NCBI GenBank assembly: GCA_039715015.1
Contig: JBDLIE010000004.1
Span: 58,991-122,990, forward strand
Length of the DNA stretch: 64,000 nucleotides
Origin: Thermodesulfobacteriota bacterium
Lineage (GTDB): Bacteria; Desulfobacterota; Desulfobulbia; Desulfobulbales; SURF-16
Reading direction: 5' to 3'
The number at the start of each line of letters is the position of its first letter. The stretch's first letter is position 1. The notes below the pieces were generated by a model. That model saw only the letters and a program-made list of their open reading frames with translations. It made no database searches and was not told where the DNA came from. Below, piece by piece: positions 38,940 through 49,800 of the stretch. Both the position numbers and the translations under genes were made by a program.

Positions 38940-40316
38940 TTATTCTTCATCTTCCGGTTTTTTATAGGTCTCAGGCAGGAATTTTTTATGGACATCCTTG
39001 CTTAAAGTCTCATCAACAAGTTTGTCGCGCTCCTTGGCCTGGGAAGCAATCTCTGCCATGGAAACTATGGTTGGGGTCAGGAAAATCATCAGTTCATAGT
39101 TCTCCTGGGTACGTTCTTTGTTCTTAAAGAGATTCCCTAGAATTGGGATGGCGGCTAAACCTGGAACACGGCCCTTGTCTATATCATCTCCGCTGACATG
39201 GATGCCGCCAATGACCACGGTGACCTTGTCCTCAAGGAAAAGGTTGGTGGTGATTTCCTGGCGGTTGATGAGGGGCTCACCGCCGACGTCATTGGTCTGG
39301 TCAATGCTGTCGTTGGTAACGCTTACATCTAAATTGACAAAGGCATTCTTGATGATCTTTGGTGTCACTTGCAGGCTGAGGTTGGCCTCTCTGAATTCGG
39401 TGTTAATAACATCTCCTGACTGGGAGGTGTATGGAACTTCTTTGCCTTGCTTAATCTCTGCCTCGTGGCCGTCAAGGACCAGCAGAGACGGCGTTGAGAG
39501 AACATGGAGCAGGTTGTCCTGCGCCAAAGCCTCCAGGTCAATGTTGAGGTTGACGTTATCCCAGATAAAACCGATATTCATGGCCGAGCTGGCTGCAGCA
39601 ACACCAAGATCAGAGACAAGCTCACCAGTGAGGTTGACGGGGGAGCCGTTTTTCCAGCCCACCCTTAAGGGGTGACCAATGTTGTCTGCGCCCCACTTGA
39701 TACCGAGTTGCTGCTTGCCCTCTTTGCTGACCACAACCACCCGTGCTTCAATATGGATCTGGGGAATGGGGCGGTCAATCTGGCTCAACATCTGTTTGAT
39801 GTCCGCAACATTTTCTTCCTGATCCTTAATAATTAAGCAGCTGTCATTATTGGTAACAGTAATGATGCCCTGGTCGCTTAAGAGCTGATCGAGTTGCTCT
39901 TTAAGCTTGGCACTGTTGCCGTAATCTGTACAGATGCGTTCGGTGATAACGCCTTTGCGGGCCTTATCATACTCCTCTGTGGTTTCAACGAAAATGGCGC
40001 TTTTAGTTTCTGAAAAATGAAGTTTTTTGGCCTCTACGATCAGTTCGAAAACGTCGTAGAGAGAGACATTGTTCATCTCAAAGGAGATGGTATCTTTGAT
40101 GGCATCGGAAACGTAGATGTTGATTCCTGATTGGCGGCCAATGGCGCGGAGCAGGGTAGATACTTCAAGATTTTCGCATTGCAGGGTGGCTGGGTAGTCC
40201 CGTAATTTCTCCACCAGGACATTGTCCTGTGCGGCACCAGCAAAGGGCAGAGTGGTGAAAAAGAGAAGAATGGCAAGGCAAGTGCCAAGAGTATAAGAGG
40301 GGTTACTTGGTGTCAT
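38940..40316 (-). CDS. Secretin (PilQ/MshL-like, short)
   Basis: QIHIEARVV, LSLQVTP, VIGG, VPGLAAIPILGNLF, ELMIFLTP. Confidence 0.9.
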   Translation of the reverse strand: MTPSNPSYTLGTCLAILLFFTTLPFAGAAQDNVLVEKLRDYPATLQCENLEVSTLLRAIGRQSGINIYVSDAIKDTISFEMNNVSLYDVFELIVEAKKLHFSETKSAIFVETTEEYDKARKGVITERICTDYGNSAKLKEQLDQLLSDQGIITVTNNDSCLIIKDQEENVADIKQMLSQIDRPIPQIHIEARVVVVSKEGKQQLGIKWGADNIGHPLRVGWKNGSPVNLTGELVSDLGVAAASSAMNIGFIWDNVNLNIDLEALAQDNLLHVLSTPSLLVLDGHEAEIKQGKEVPYTSQSGDVINTEFREANLSLQVTPKIIKNAFVNLDVSVTNDSIDQTNDVGGEPLINRQEITTNLFLEDKVTVVIGGIHVSGDDIDKGRVPGLAAIPILGNLFKNKERTQENYELMIFLTPTIVSMAEIASQAKERDKLVDETLSKDVHKKFLPETYKKPEDEE

Positions 40317-40785
40317 CAATGTTTCCCTTGGCATGAGAAGATCTGCCAAAATCTATATCTAATGTATCAAATTGCATAAGGTGGGCCCTGCCGTTTTTGG
40401 TCAGTGAAACGCGGGTTTCGGTAATATTGACGACCAGCGCTCCATCTACCATGTCTCCGATGGTGGATAGTTGACTGTTAATTACGGCCTGCGGAACCTT
40501 TTTACTCCAGACAATGGCCTGGAGGGTAAAGTCTGCAAAAATATCCTGTTCTGCCTCGGCAATTTGGCGAAGACGGACACGCTGGGTAGGAGGCCAGTTA
40601 AAGGGGTCGCGCTCCGGAGCTTGGCTGGCAGTCATCATGTTGCCCGGCGTAAGTTCTACCATTTTCAGCTTGTCGTTTGAGGCGCCAGTGGCCCAAGACA
40701 AAGGAGCAAATAAGAGCAGGATGCTTGCGCTACTCATCACCGCCCAAAAACCCTTATTGTGCCAAAGCAGGTTCTTAAATATCAT
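40303..40785 (-). CDS. Pilus accessory protein (MshK/PilP-like)
   Basis: Signal peptide, RDPF, LQAIVW, AVIN, GD..DGA; lies before the secretin. Confidence 0.65.
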   Translation of the reverse strand: MIFKNLLWHNKGFWAVMSSASILLLFAPLSWATGASNDKLKMVELTPGNMMTASQAPERDPFNWPPTQRVRLRQIAEAEQDIFADFTLQAIVWSKKVPQAVINSQLSTIGDMVDGALVVNITETRVSLTKNGRAHLMQFDTLDIDFGRSSHAKGNIDDTK

Positions 40786-41434
40786 TAGCAACCTCCAGCC
40801 GGCCCAGATCGACTTTGAAATTCACCTGGGCCTTTACGGCAGGATCATCGGACTGCATTGCCATTTCTACCTTGTCAAGAAAGCCTATTTCAGGGCTTGT
40901 TTCTAAAAAGGAAAGATAAAGAAAAATATTTTCAAAATAGCTCTTCCCCTCAAGGTGAACAGGAAAAAGGGTGAAGCCTCCCATGGAGCGTGATGTCTCC
41001 TGGCTCATCTTAAGAAGGTCCTTTTGCATGTCCACAGGGGCTGAGGTAGCCAGAGTGAAAATTACCTGATGGAAACGGTCATCATTTCCCTGCTTGCTCC
41101 ACTGTTCACGAAGCAGCTTTTCCTGCAGGCTAAGAATTGCCAGGGTGTGCTCTTTTTTCTTGATGTCTGCGGCAAGTTTCTGAAGATGGGCGGCAAGCAG
41201 TTCAGTCTGGCCAGGAGTGGACTGGGATTTAATTTTTTGCACATGGCTTTGCCTTTTGGCCACAGTCTCCTGACGTGGCTCAACAAAAAGAACATAGGCA
41301 CCATAGGCGCAGGCCAGCCCAATAAAGATAGTGAGGATAAGCTGGCGTACCTGCAGGGCAAGTTCCGGGTCGGAACGCATAAGAAAAAAGCCTTTTTTAA
41401 CGGCTCCTGCTATGTCTTGTCCTTTTAGTGCCAT
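40775..41434 (-). CDS. PilO/MshJ-like alignment protein
   Basis: One TM, coiled coil, C-terminal GKSYFENIFLYLSFLE. Confidence 0.65.
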   Translation of the reverse strand: MALKGQDIAGAVKKGFFLMRSDPELALQVRQLILTIFIGLACAYGAYVLFVEPRQETVAKRQSHVQKIKSQSTPGQTELLAAHLQKLAADIKKKEHTLAILSLQEKLLREQWSKQGNDDRFHQVIFTLATSAPVDMQKDLLKMSQETSRSMGGFTLFPVHLEGKSYFENIFLYLSFLETSPEIGFLDKVEMAMQSDDPAVKAQVNFKVDLGRLEVANDI

Positions 41435-41457
41435 AATTTCTGTATTGTTAGCTCCGG

Positions 41458-42015
41458 TTAAGCAAGCACGGCAACAATGGTAAATTCAATTCGTTCTTGT
41501 TCTTTATTAGTCGCCCTATCTGTAACAGAAAGAGAGACCTGTTTGAAAACGTTCAAGCTTTGCATGTTTCTGACCAGCCAGATTAAATCGTCATAATCCA
41601 GAGCTGTACCCTTAATTTCGCCGTTGGAGTCTTTGAAGGTGATAGTTTTACAGCGTACACTCTCAGGAAGCAGTGAAGAGATCAGGCTTAATGGCTGGCT
41701 GAATTTTCTTTTTTGACCCCGTATTTTGGAAAGTGCAGCAATCTGGACACTTTTCTGATCAATGGCCTGGTTTTTATTCTGCAGCCGTTTTTTTAGCGCT
41801 GTAACCTGAGTGCTTAAAGCTGCGGCCTGGTTGGTTTGTTCTTCAATGCGGGCGATGGTTTTATCCAGGTCGGCAAGACGGATATTAAGGATCTGCACCC
41901 ATGAAAAAAAGATAAGCAGAATGAAAACGACCATGCCACCGAAAACAATGGGGATCAGGTCCTTAATTCTTTCCGCTAAAGGTTTCTGGGGAACCAGGTT
42001 TATCCGTTGTTGCAT
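41458..42015 (-). CDS. PilN-like alignment protein
   Basis: RINLVP start, TM, coiled coil, LPESV, IKGTA. Confidence 0.78.
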   Translation of the reverse strand: MQQRINLVPQKPLAERIKDLIPIVFGGMVVFILLIFFSWVQILNIRLADLDKTIARIEEQTNQAAALSTQVTALKKRLQNKNQAIDQKSVQIAALSKIRGQKRKFSQPLSLISSLLPESVRCKTITFKDSNGEIKGTALDYDDLIWLVRNMQSLNVFKQVSLSVTDRATNKEQERIEFTIVAVLA

Positions 42016-42026
42016 AATCTGATCCT

Positions 42027-43148
42027 CTAACTCAAGGCGCCAATGCTGACTGCCTCAAAAAGAGCGTCATCCATTGAGGCCCGTTCCGGGTCTACAAGGC
42101 TTTCAATGTTGAGACCAAGGCTGCTTTCAAGTTCAGCAGAAAGAGCCGGCCATAAACCCTCACCACCGCCTACAAATACAGTTCTTATCTGGTTCCCTTT
42201 AACCACGGAGTTGAAATAGTCACGGGTACGCATGAGCTCCAGGGAGATCTGATTTATATAAGAAGGGCTGCTTTGCACATCTGACATTGAGGCTTGTGGT
42301 TCTTTAAAAAAAATCTGGGAGTCGAGAGATGGTTCTTCCTTTCCAGGAGCTGACGCGACCTCATCAGCTTTGGTCTCAATTAGGAAATTGGCGAGCAGGT
42401 CATCATGGTTTGACTCATAGAGAGAAGGAGATTCTTTTTCAGGCTCTGTTTCCATTTCTGGAATAGTAAGTTCTTGCTCGGAGATCTCGTCGCTTGGCAT
42501 TTCCTCAAGATCTTCCTCCCTGCCCACTTCAGGCTTTTTGGCCTGGACATTACGATTTAAAATCAGGCTCTCTTTGTCGTAAATGGCAATGGAAATTGAG
42601 TGGGGCCAGAGCAAAACAATCATTGTGGCTTCATCGCTGGGAAGCTTGGTGCGGGATTCGAGATATGCACAGGCAGAGAAAACGTCGGGCTCAAGGCTAG
42701 AGGGGGTTAACTTGTAATGCCCTAAGATAGTACGTAAGTCACTGAATGCCTTGGCAGGGTATAGGAAAACGTTAATCTGCAGCGAGTCTTTATGCTCTTT
42801 TACAATCTGCCAGTCATGGATGAAATCTGATAAGGGCTCATCAAGAACTTTGCTGACGTGGAAGGGGAGAATTTTGGCCACGACCTCTCTGGGTACTTTG
42901 TTGATGGAAAGGCTCAGGATTTCAAACTGCTCAAGGGGTAAAGATATTGCCACCTCCCCCTTAGGGTTGGAGATGTTGGCCATGAGCTGATGGATGCTCT
43001 TTGCCTCCTTGAGAGAACTGTCTGCCCATCCTAGAGGAGTGGCCGCAGTAACTCCGGTGGGGCTAGGGGTCTTTGCCGCCAGCAGCGACCGCTTTCTGTT
43101 GCCAACTAAGGCGTAACGGTTCGTATTTTTAGTAAAAGGCCACTGCAT
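42027..43148 (-). CDS. PilM/MshI-like actin-fold protein with acidic insertion
   Basis: LEPDVFS, ISLELMRTRDYF, VFVGGG, IGAL; precedes pilN. Confidence 0.65.
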   Translation of the reverse strand: MQWPFTKNTNRYALVGNRKRSLLAAKTPSPTGVTAATPLGWADSSLKEAKSIHQLMANISNPKGEVAISLPLEQFEILSLSINKVPREVVAKILPFHVSKVLDEPLSDFIHDWQIVKEHKDSLQINVFLYPAKAFSDLRTILGHYKLTPSSLEPDVFSACAYLESRTKLPSDEATMIVLLWPHSISIAIYDKESLILNRNVQAKKPEVGREEDLEEMPSDEISEQELTIPEMETEPEKESPSLYESNHDDLLANFLIETKADEVASAPGKEEPSLDSQIFFKEPQASMSDVQSSPSYINQISLELMRTRDYFNSVVKGNQIRTVFVGGGEGLWPALSAELESSLGLNIESLVDPERASMDDALFEAVSIGALS

Positions 43149-43151
43149 AAT

Positions 43152-43763
43152 TTAATTTTCTTCTATGCCTGGAACCGGCATCGTTTCATAAAAATCCGGG
43201 GGCAGTATCTGCTCGGCAATGGCAAGTTCAATGGCCTGGAGCAGGTAGTCATTCTCTGGGGCAAGCTGGTACGCCTCTTTAAAAATCCGGGCAGCAGGAA
43301 AGCCGAGATCCATCTGTGTCAAAACAATAGCCATATTAACAAGCGGTTCCGGTTGCCCAGGTGCGAGTTTGCTGGCTTTGTCAAAATAATAAAGGGCTGC
43401 CCAGGCATCCCCTCTCTGGGTGAGAGTAACGCCATGATTGTTGAACTGTTCAACCTGCTGCGGGCTGGGAAGGTTTGTCGTCACCGGGATGCGGCTATCA
43501 GCATGGGAGATCATGGGAGAGGGAGTGACGGCAGGGGCAGGAGTGTTCTTATGGATCTTGGCAGGTGATGGCAAAATGCTCTTTTTTGCATGGGGGAAAT
43601 ATTTTATGCCGGCAAAAATGGCAACAATGACAGTTAGACCCACCAAAAAAGGAAGATAACGCCCTGTCTTTTTAGCAGACAAAGGAGAGGCAGCCTGTTC
43701 GGCATGGGGCCGAACATTTTCCTGCTCCTGTATTTTTTCGAGGGTGTCAAAAAGTTTACTCAA
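43152..43763 (-). CDS. MshN-like membrane-anchored TPR protein
   Basis: MSKLFDTLEK start, TM, Pro-rich linker, NNHGV...ALYYFDKA TPR. Confidence 0.65.
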   Translation of the reverse strand: MSKLFDTLEKIQEQENVRPHAEQAASPLSAKKTGRYLPFLVGLTVIVAIFAGIKYFPHAKKSILPSPAKIHKNTPAPAVTPSPMISHADSRIPVTTNLPSPQQVEQFNNHGVTLTQRGDAWAALYYFDKASKLAPGQPEPLVNMAIVLTQMDLGFPAARIFKEAYQLAPENDYLLQAIELAIAEQILPPDFYETMPVPGIEEN

Positions 43764-43825
43764 GGAGTTTTACCTGGCGGTTTAGAAGTCTGGCTATTTC
43801 CTGAGAAACGCAGCTTAAGGGCGGA

Positions 43826-44425
43826 TTAGAAATTTGATGGTTCTCGACCAGAGCCATCAACATTATCTGTGAATGGCCGATCATCATTGACATAGAAAAT
43901 TGCGTCAACAACATGGCCGTTAGCATCACGCTCGTCGCCGGGATAGTAAGCCCATCCAGTGGACTCGCTGGCAATACGGGAGGAGTTGGTGGCCTCGGTT
44001 AAGGAGCGGTCGGCAACACCGGCAGGACGCGTAGCCATGCCCGTGCTCATCTCTGGGAGGTTAACGGTTGGAAGCGCTTTGTCCACCTCGTCGGAGTAGT
44101 CGTTTGTTCTGACAAGACGAAGGTTGCGCAGTGGTTCGGGGCGGGTGGAGAGGACCAAGGCGTTGCGCCTGACCTCTTCCAGGGTGGGCCAGTCAGGATT
44201 GTCGCCGCTGGGACCGGTGTTGACTCCGGAAACTAGAATCTTGGCATGGGCCAGTTCGATTCCTCCCCGGATTGCAGCCAGTTTTCCCTTTACAGAGGCG
44301 ATCTTCGCCTCTTTCTGCATATTGAGATAGTATGGGATGGCCATGGACGAGAGTAGGCCAAGGAGAATGATCACAATGACCATCTCGATGAGGGTAAAAC
44401 CTCGTTCATCTCGGTGAAGCTGCAT
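43826..44425 (-). CDS. Type IV pilin-like protein (MshA/MshB-like minor pilin)
   Basis: RG|FTLIEMVIVIILLGLLSSMAIPYY. Confidence 0.85.
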   Translation of the reverse strand: MQLHRDERGFTLIEMVIVIILLGLLSSMAIPYYLNMQKEAKIASVKGKLAAIRGGIELAHAKILVSGVNTGPSGDNPDWPTLEEVRRNALVLSTRPEPLRNLRLVRTNDYSDEVDKALPTVNLPEMSTGMATRPAGVADRSLTEATNSSRIASESTGWAYYPGDERDANGHVVDAIFYVNDDRPFTDNVDGSGREPSNF

Positions 44426-44596
44426 AGTTGCCCCCTTTCAGCTTAAAGAAATGTATCTAAAGTCTACTACCGCTGTAAATTATCATACTTGAGAAAGAAT
44501 CCCAAGTATTCTTATGGGCTAAGAGGTTGAAAAGGCGAAAAAAGCGCGCATTATGTGCGAATGCACAGAGGCTAACAGGTAAAGGGGGTAAAATGG

Positions 44597-44974
44597 TTAT
44601 TGGAATCTTATTTCAATGGTGCGGCTGATGTTGGCACGGGTAGCCTGGGATATGATTTCTTGGATAGATGAACCGCCGACCGGGGCGGGAAGAGTGACTG
44701 ATGTTGTAAAGGTGTTGATGGTCGGCGAGGCGTTCCAGGGAGGAAAGCCGCTCCAGCCTCCAGGACCACCGCCGTCACTTTCCAGGATACGCAGTTGAGC
44801 GGCTGATTCAGCGGCATAAAGAGCCTGGCTCCAGAGGTAGTCCTCTGCGGACGATTGCGATGAAACCATGGTGTAGCGGGCAATGAGAACCCCGAACATG
44901 GCCACCACCACGATAATGAAAATGGCGGCAATAAGGCCGATCCCGTCTTGATTCTCCAGTGGTTTACGGAACAT
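44597..44974 (-). CDS. mshP: Minor pilin, MshP/PilX-like
   Basis: DG|IGLIAAIFIIVV, QALYAAESAAQ. Confidence 0.75.
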   Translation of the reverse strand: MFRKPLENQDGIGLIAAIFIIVVVAMFGVLIARYTMVSSQSSAEDYLWSQALYAAESAAQLRILESDGGGPGGWSGFPPWNASPTINTFTTSVTLPAPVGGSSIQEIISQATRANISRTIEIRFQ

Positions 44975-45767
44975 TGCGCACCTGTATCTCTTTATGAAAG
45001 TCAATGCTGATTCCGTTGCTGGCCAAGGTGAAATCGATTTGCACCAAGGCGTTTCTGGTCAGGCTGCTTGGAATGTAGGTGAAGAGGATAGGGTTAGGGA
45101 TAGTTGTGTCAAGATTGCTGAGTAGAGGATAACCGGCCAAGGAAGTCAAAGTAGTTTCAAAAGGGTTGGGAGCTAAGGTGACAGATGTCTCTGCACGAAA
45201 GAGAGTGTTGCCGTTACGAAAGTAGCGAATCGCCTTTTCTACAGGGTAGTAGCGCCTGGTGGAGGAGTGGCCTCCAATTACTGCTCTGTCTAAGGTCATT
45301 GAGCCTGGAGGTGCTCCTGTTGTTGTGATGTCATATATCTTTCGTTCCGTATTTAAGTTAGAGGTGAAATCGTTCCAGTTCGTATTATAGATCGATAGTA
45401 GAGTAGAGGCCGCGGGCAACGGGTTGCCACTGAGATCTATAATTTTTGAGGAACCGCCGATTGGATTATATTGGCCGGTGATAGCTGGGGCTGCAGCTGT
45501 CAGAGTGTTCACATCTATAAGGCCAAAAAGAATTGAGTCGCTTGTCGGGGTGTCTACGGCATTGGGCACCATGTGATGGATTTCTCGCTCCATTCGCATC
45601 AGGGCAAGCTTTCCTTCCTCGAAAAGCTCCATGGTGGCATCGGTGTCGGAAAAGCCCCTGAAACTTGAGGTGATGATGTCAGCACCCATCACGCCGATAA
45701 TTCCCAGCAGGAGGATCACGGTGATGATCTCAACCAGGGTGAAGCCTTTTTGGCGAGCGTTTCGCAT
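44964..45767 (-). CDS. mshO: Minor pilin, MshO-like
   Basis: KG|FTLVEI, ALMRMEREIHHMVPN, C-terminal IQVRNVP. Confidence 0.8.
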   Translation of the reverse strand: MRNARQKGFTLVEIITVILLLGIIGVMGADIITSSFRGFSDTDATMELFEEGKLALMRMEREIHHMVPNAVDTPTSDSILFGLIDVNTLTAAAPAITGQYNPIGGSSKIIDLSGNPLPAASTLLSIYNTNWNDFTSNLNTERKIYDITTTGAPPGSMTLDRAVIGGHSSTRRYYPVEKAIRYFRNGNTLFRAETSVTLAPNPFETTLTSLAGYPLLSNLDTTIPNPILFTYIPSSLTRNALVQIDFTLASNGISIDFHKEIQVRNVP

Positions 45768-45784
45768 TATGTCAAGACTGCGCG

Positions 45785-46408
45785 CTAAAAATTGCATTTG
45801 ACCGCCACGAGTTGAAAGGTTTCGCCAAGGGGAGAGGTGACAGTGACAACGATTCGTTTGCTGTCAGTAGCAAGTAACAACGAGTTGCCGTTACCTGGGA
45901 TAGCGGCATCAATGGGATCTGTACTGCTTATAATATAGTTTACTGTCACAGTGCGCTGGAAACCGGTCCAGCTGCCGGGCAGTATATTGCCTGTTTGATC
46001 AAAAAAATTGACGCCGCTCGGTTCTCCTGAGCCATTATAATCATCCACGTCGTCCCAGCCGCTTCGATCGTCAGCGGTAAGATTTTCACCACCATCGGTT
46101 CCCAAGCCTCCTGGGGCGGTGGCGGTGGGGGTAGCTGCCACTGTCCCCCTGGTTCCCGCCAGGGTCTCCGAATTGATAAGCGGTCCTCCGCCGATGGCTG
46201 TGTTCTCGTCCCATCTTCTGGAGAGAATTTCATCCATCATGGCCTGCGCCAGGGCAATGGCTTTTTCTCTGATCACCGGATCAGGATGATGGCTGACGGA
46301 GGTGAGATAGGGCGTAATGATGATAGCAGCAAAAGCCATGATGATGATGGTAAGGATCAGCTCGATGAGAGTGAAGCCACCTGTTTTTTTTGGGAGTTTA
46401 TACTTCAT
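45785..46408 (-). CDS. mshD: Minor pilin, MshD-like
   Basis: GG|FTLIEL, ALAQAMMDEILSRRWDE, WDDVDDYNG, KRIVVTV, ends KCNF. Confidence 0.82.
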   Translation of the reverse strand: MKYKLPKKTGGFTLIELILTIIIMAFAAIIITPYLTSVSHHPDPVIREKAIALAQAMMDEILSRRWDENTAIGGGPLINSETLAGTRGTVAATPTATAPGGLGTDGGENLTADDRSGWDDVDDYNGSGEPSGVNFFDQTGNILPGSWTGFQRTVTVNYIISSTDPIDAAIPGNGNSLLLATDSKRIVVTVTSPLGETFQLVAVKCNF

Positions 46409-46890
46409 CACGGGCACCCTGCATTTTCCACAACATAACCGGTTTGCGGGCAGACAAAGAGGCTGGTTAGAGCTACTGAGCCGGCAATATCGTACTGCAT
46501 GGTGGCAAGGGGAGATCCGCCTCCATCAATGGGCTCTCCCAAGCCGTTGAACCAGAGATCACCTGGGTTACTAAGGGTAATGGTGGTGTCTTCTATGAGG
46601 TTTCTGTTTGCAAAATCGGTAACGATGGTGCCCGTTTGGTTACGGATGGTGTAACGGTTGGTGGCGGCGTCAACCATGAGCCCCCATGCATTGCCCGGCA
46701 CATACTGCCTGGTCATGGCATGGTGCTGGGCATAACGGAGAGCCCGCTTAAATTCTTTGACTGCAGCGTCTTCCCTCATGTCGCCTGGCCATCTTGCTGT
46801 GGCCACCACAGAGATGACGCCGATGAGCAGGATGATGGTGATAAGCTCGATAAGGGTGAAGCCAGGGCAGTGGTGCTGGGTGGAAATCAT
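46408..46890 (-). CDS. mshC: Minor pilin, MshC-like
   Basis: PG|FTLIEL, LRYAQHHAM, FNGLGEP, TGYV. Confidence 0.8.
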   Translation of the reverse strand: MISTQHHCPGFTLIELITIILLIGVISVVATARWPGDMREDAAVKEFKRALRYAQHHAMTRQYVPGNAWGLMVDAATNRYTIRNQTGTIVTDFANRNLIEDTTITLSNPGDLWFNGLGEPIDGGGSPLATMQYDIAGSVALTSLFVCPQTGYVVENAGCP

Positions 46891-49800
46891 TTGACGATCT
46901 CCCGCCAGTTGATGATCCGGTCATTGCCACGATAGATGCCAAAGGTGAAATCACCGCATTTTTCGTTTATCGCCCCGCAACCGGCAAGGGAGGTGAGCTT
47001 AGCAGGGTTTATCGGGCACACCCTTACGATTCTGGAAAAATTAGCCGGATCATGGCCAACAGTTATAGTGCCGGCGCCACTCACAAATGAGCCAAGTGAA
47101 CCTGCGTCAAGGCTGACTGCATGGTTGGCATTATCGGTACAGAAGCCGATGGATGCCTCGGTGGTACAGCTTGTAGCGTCTTCGTTGGTGTTGATGGCCC
47201 ACTCATAATTAGTATCCCAATCAAAGTCATCCCAGTATTGTATTTCGAAAGGTGCAGTGGTGATGTCCTGGGTTTCAGGGCCGAAACTGTTAAAGACCTG
47301 GATTTTGCCATGGCGGAGGTTGGCGCCGGTAATGCCGTTGACGTTAAAGCCTTGGCAACCAGCGCCTGTGTTGTAACAGGTGCCGTCGCTATCGGTGAGT
47401 TGGAGATTGTTAACAGCCAGATCAACGGTTGCCGCAAATGGAATTTTCGGGCTGGCAACCGGAGGCCGGGAATAGCTGAAGGTATCGGTCAGCGGCAGCG
47501 GGACAACGCCGTTGCAGTCGGTTGTGTCAGCACCAATCGGGTTCACACTATTGCCTGCAGGGGTAAAGGTGAGGCCGGAACCTGAAGCGTCGTTGTAAGT
47601 GTAAGCCAAATTCATAGGTGCGGCGAATTTCCAGAAACCGCCGCAGTCGTAGTTTGCAGTCACCGCGGCAGGGGTCGCAGCATTGTATGCTGTGATAATT
47701 ATATTTGGGGTGATGGCATAGGGGAACGGCTCGCCGAGATAGGTGAAGTTGCCGGTGACACAGCTGTCTGTAAATGCAGGCGGACTCGGGTTGATGGTCA
47801 CGTCAAAATAGGCAGGTCTAAAACGACCGACATGGCCTGAGCGCCCCGTGGCCTTACCGGCACCGAGATAGCTGTTGTCGGTGAGATTGGCGATGAGCTC
47901 AATAATACCCACCTCGTCATAACGGACATTACTGGATCCGGCCCCAGCAACGAAGCCTGAGACCGTGGTATTTCCTGCCAGGCCAGGGTTGGTGCCAGCA
48001 GGCAGAAAGAGGTATGTGGTCAATAACACATCTTCAGCGGTGGTTTCCTGGCCGAAGTTGAGAGCAGCTGTATTGTCTAAAAGGTCTACGTTATTGGCCG
48101 GATTAGTGTCGGTATGGTTGTCAGGTATGCCGTCATTGTCGCTATCATCCGCGGCCTCCCAGAGCACGGCGCGGACGTTGGCGGCAAAGGGGGTGCCGGC
48201 AGATGTATATACCGTGCCGACAGCGGTGGTTGTGGCTGGAAGCGGATTGCCGCTGGCTGTCACATCAAAGCCGAAGGGGCGCACCACAAAATTATTGCTG
48301 GAGCCGATCATCAGGTTGCCGGAACCAAGGCCGCTGCCAAGAGGAATATCGTAGCGGGCATGGAGACGAATCTGGCCTACATCAGGGTAGCTCATGGTAA
48401 ATGTTGCTGTTGTGTCTAAGTTGGTGCCGAAATCAAGGGTAACCCCGGTGTATGAGGCCACTGCGCCGTTATTATTGGCGGCAATGTTGGTGCCGCTAAT
48501 ATTGACAAGATTAGCGGTGCAGGTGGTGGGATCAAGGCATTCAAAGCCCAGGTCAATCGTGTTAATGCCCACAAGAGCTGCCTCGCATTGGCCGGTGAGG
48601 TCGTTTGTCCGGATCCCTTCTATCTGCAAAACCTGGTTGCCTGGGGCAGTGCTAGAAGGCTTGGCGCCGATCTGGTTGCCGATGGCATTACCTACGCCAC
48701 CTGCGAGGAAGTTGAAACCGGCCTGGGCAAAGGCGATATCAAGGTCTTCAGTGAGTGGCTCAGCCGTGCCGCTGAGTTCCGTTGCTGTGCCGTCACTGAT
48801 ATTGATGTTCACCGTTTCAACAAAGGTATCTTTGAGGCCCAGCACCACAACGCCTAATTCGCTGCCGTCAAAGGTGTAGGAGCCGTTGCCGTTGCCGATG
48901 TTGACCAGGTTAGACGGATTGCCGCTAATGACCGACCAGTCGCCGTGGCCGCTGCTGGTGGATAGGGTTATGGCACCTGTGTGGCCGGTGAGAACGGCAT
49001 GGGCCGCATCATGGACGCTGATTGTAACCGGCTCTGCCTGGCAGTTGATACCGAATTCATCATGGCCGATTGTATAATGATCAACCCCTGGACAGGGAAG
49101 AAGTGCCGAAATCTCGACAAAATTCACCAGAAACTGTTCGTTACTGCCACCATAACGGCCGGAAACCCGGAACCGTATTCTGGTGTTTACCGACATGCTG
49201 GAATCAACAGTAACGTTGTAGCTTCTCGAACCACTGGTTGCCCCGGATATTCCGGTGAATGTTTCAAGAATGGTCCAGCTGCCACCACCATTATTCGAGA
49301 CTTCAACTACCACCGCATCATTGTTGTCGACTCCAGCAGTGGTCTGATAATCAAATGAAAGAGTAGCGTTGGAGTAAAAGGAGAGATTGACCTCTCTTGC
49401 CAGGCTTGGTTCTCCACCTGTATTTGGACGATCATCCAGAACTAAACTTCCACCTGTAATTTGAACATTGCCAGTTCCGGAGCCAGCGCCTGCTCCGTCA
49501 ACCTCAATCCAGTCCCCTGTCCAGGTGGCGCTGCCATCATTATTGTTAAAGGCACTTACGTTAAAATCATCTCGAAAGGTATCACCTGAGCCTGAAAAGT
49601 TTAGGTCATTATCTTCACCAGGGTCCTCAATTGTTGTTCCGTCAAATATATTGATGTTAACGATTCCAGTTGCAGGGTGGGTGAGACCTAAAATGACCTG
49701 ACTGTTATCCCCTGCTGCAAAAGCATAGGTGCCGTCTCCATTGCCCAAGTTTGTAAGAGTTCCACTGCCTGAAACAAGCGACCAGTCGCCAGTGCCGGTT

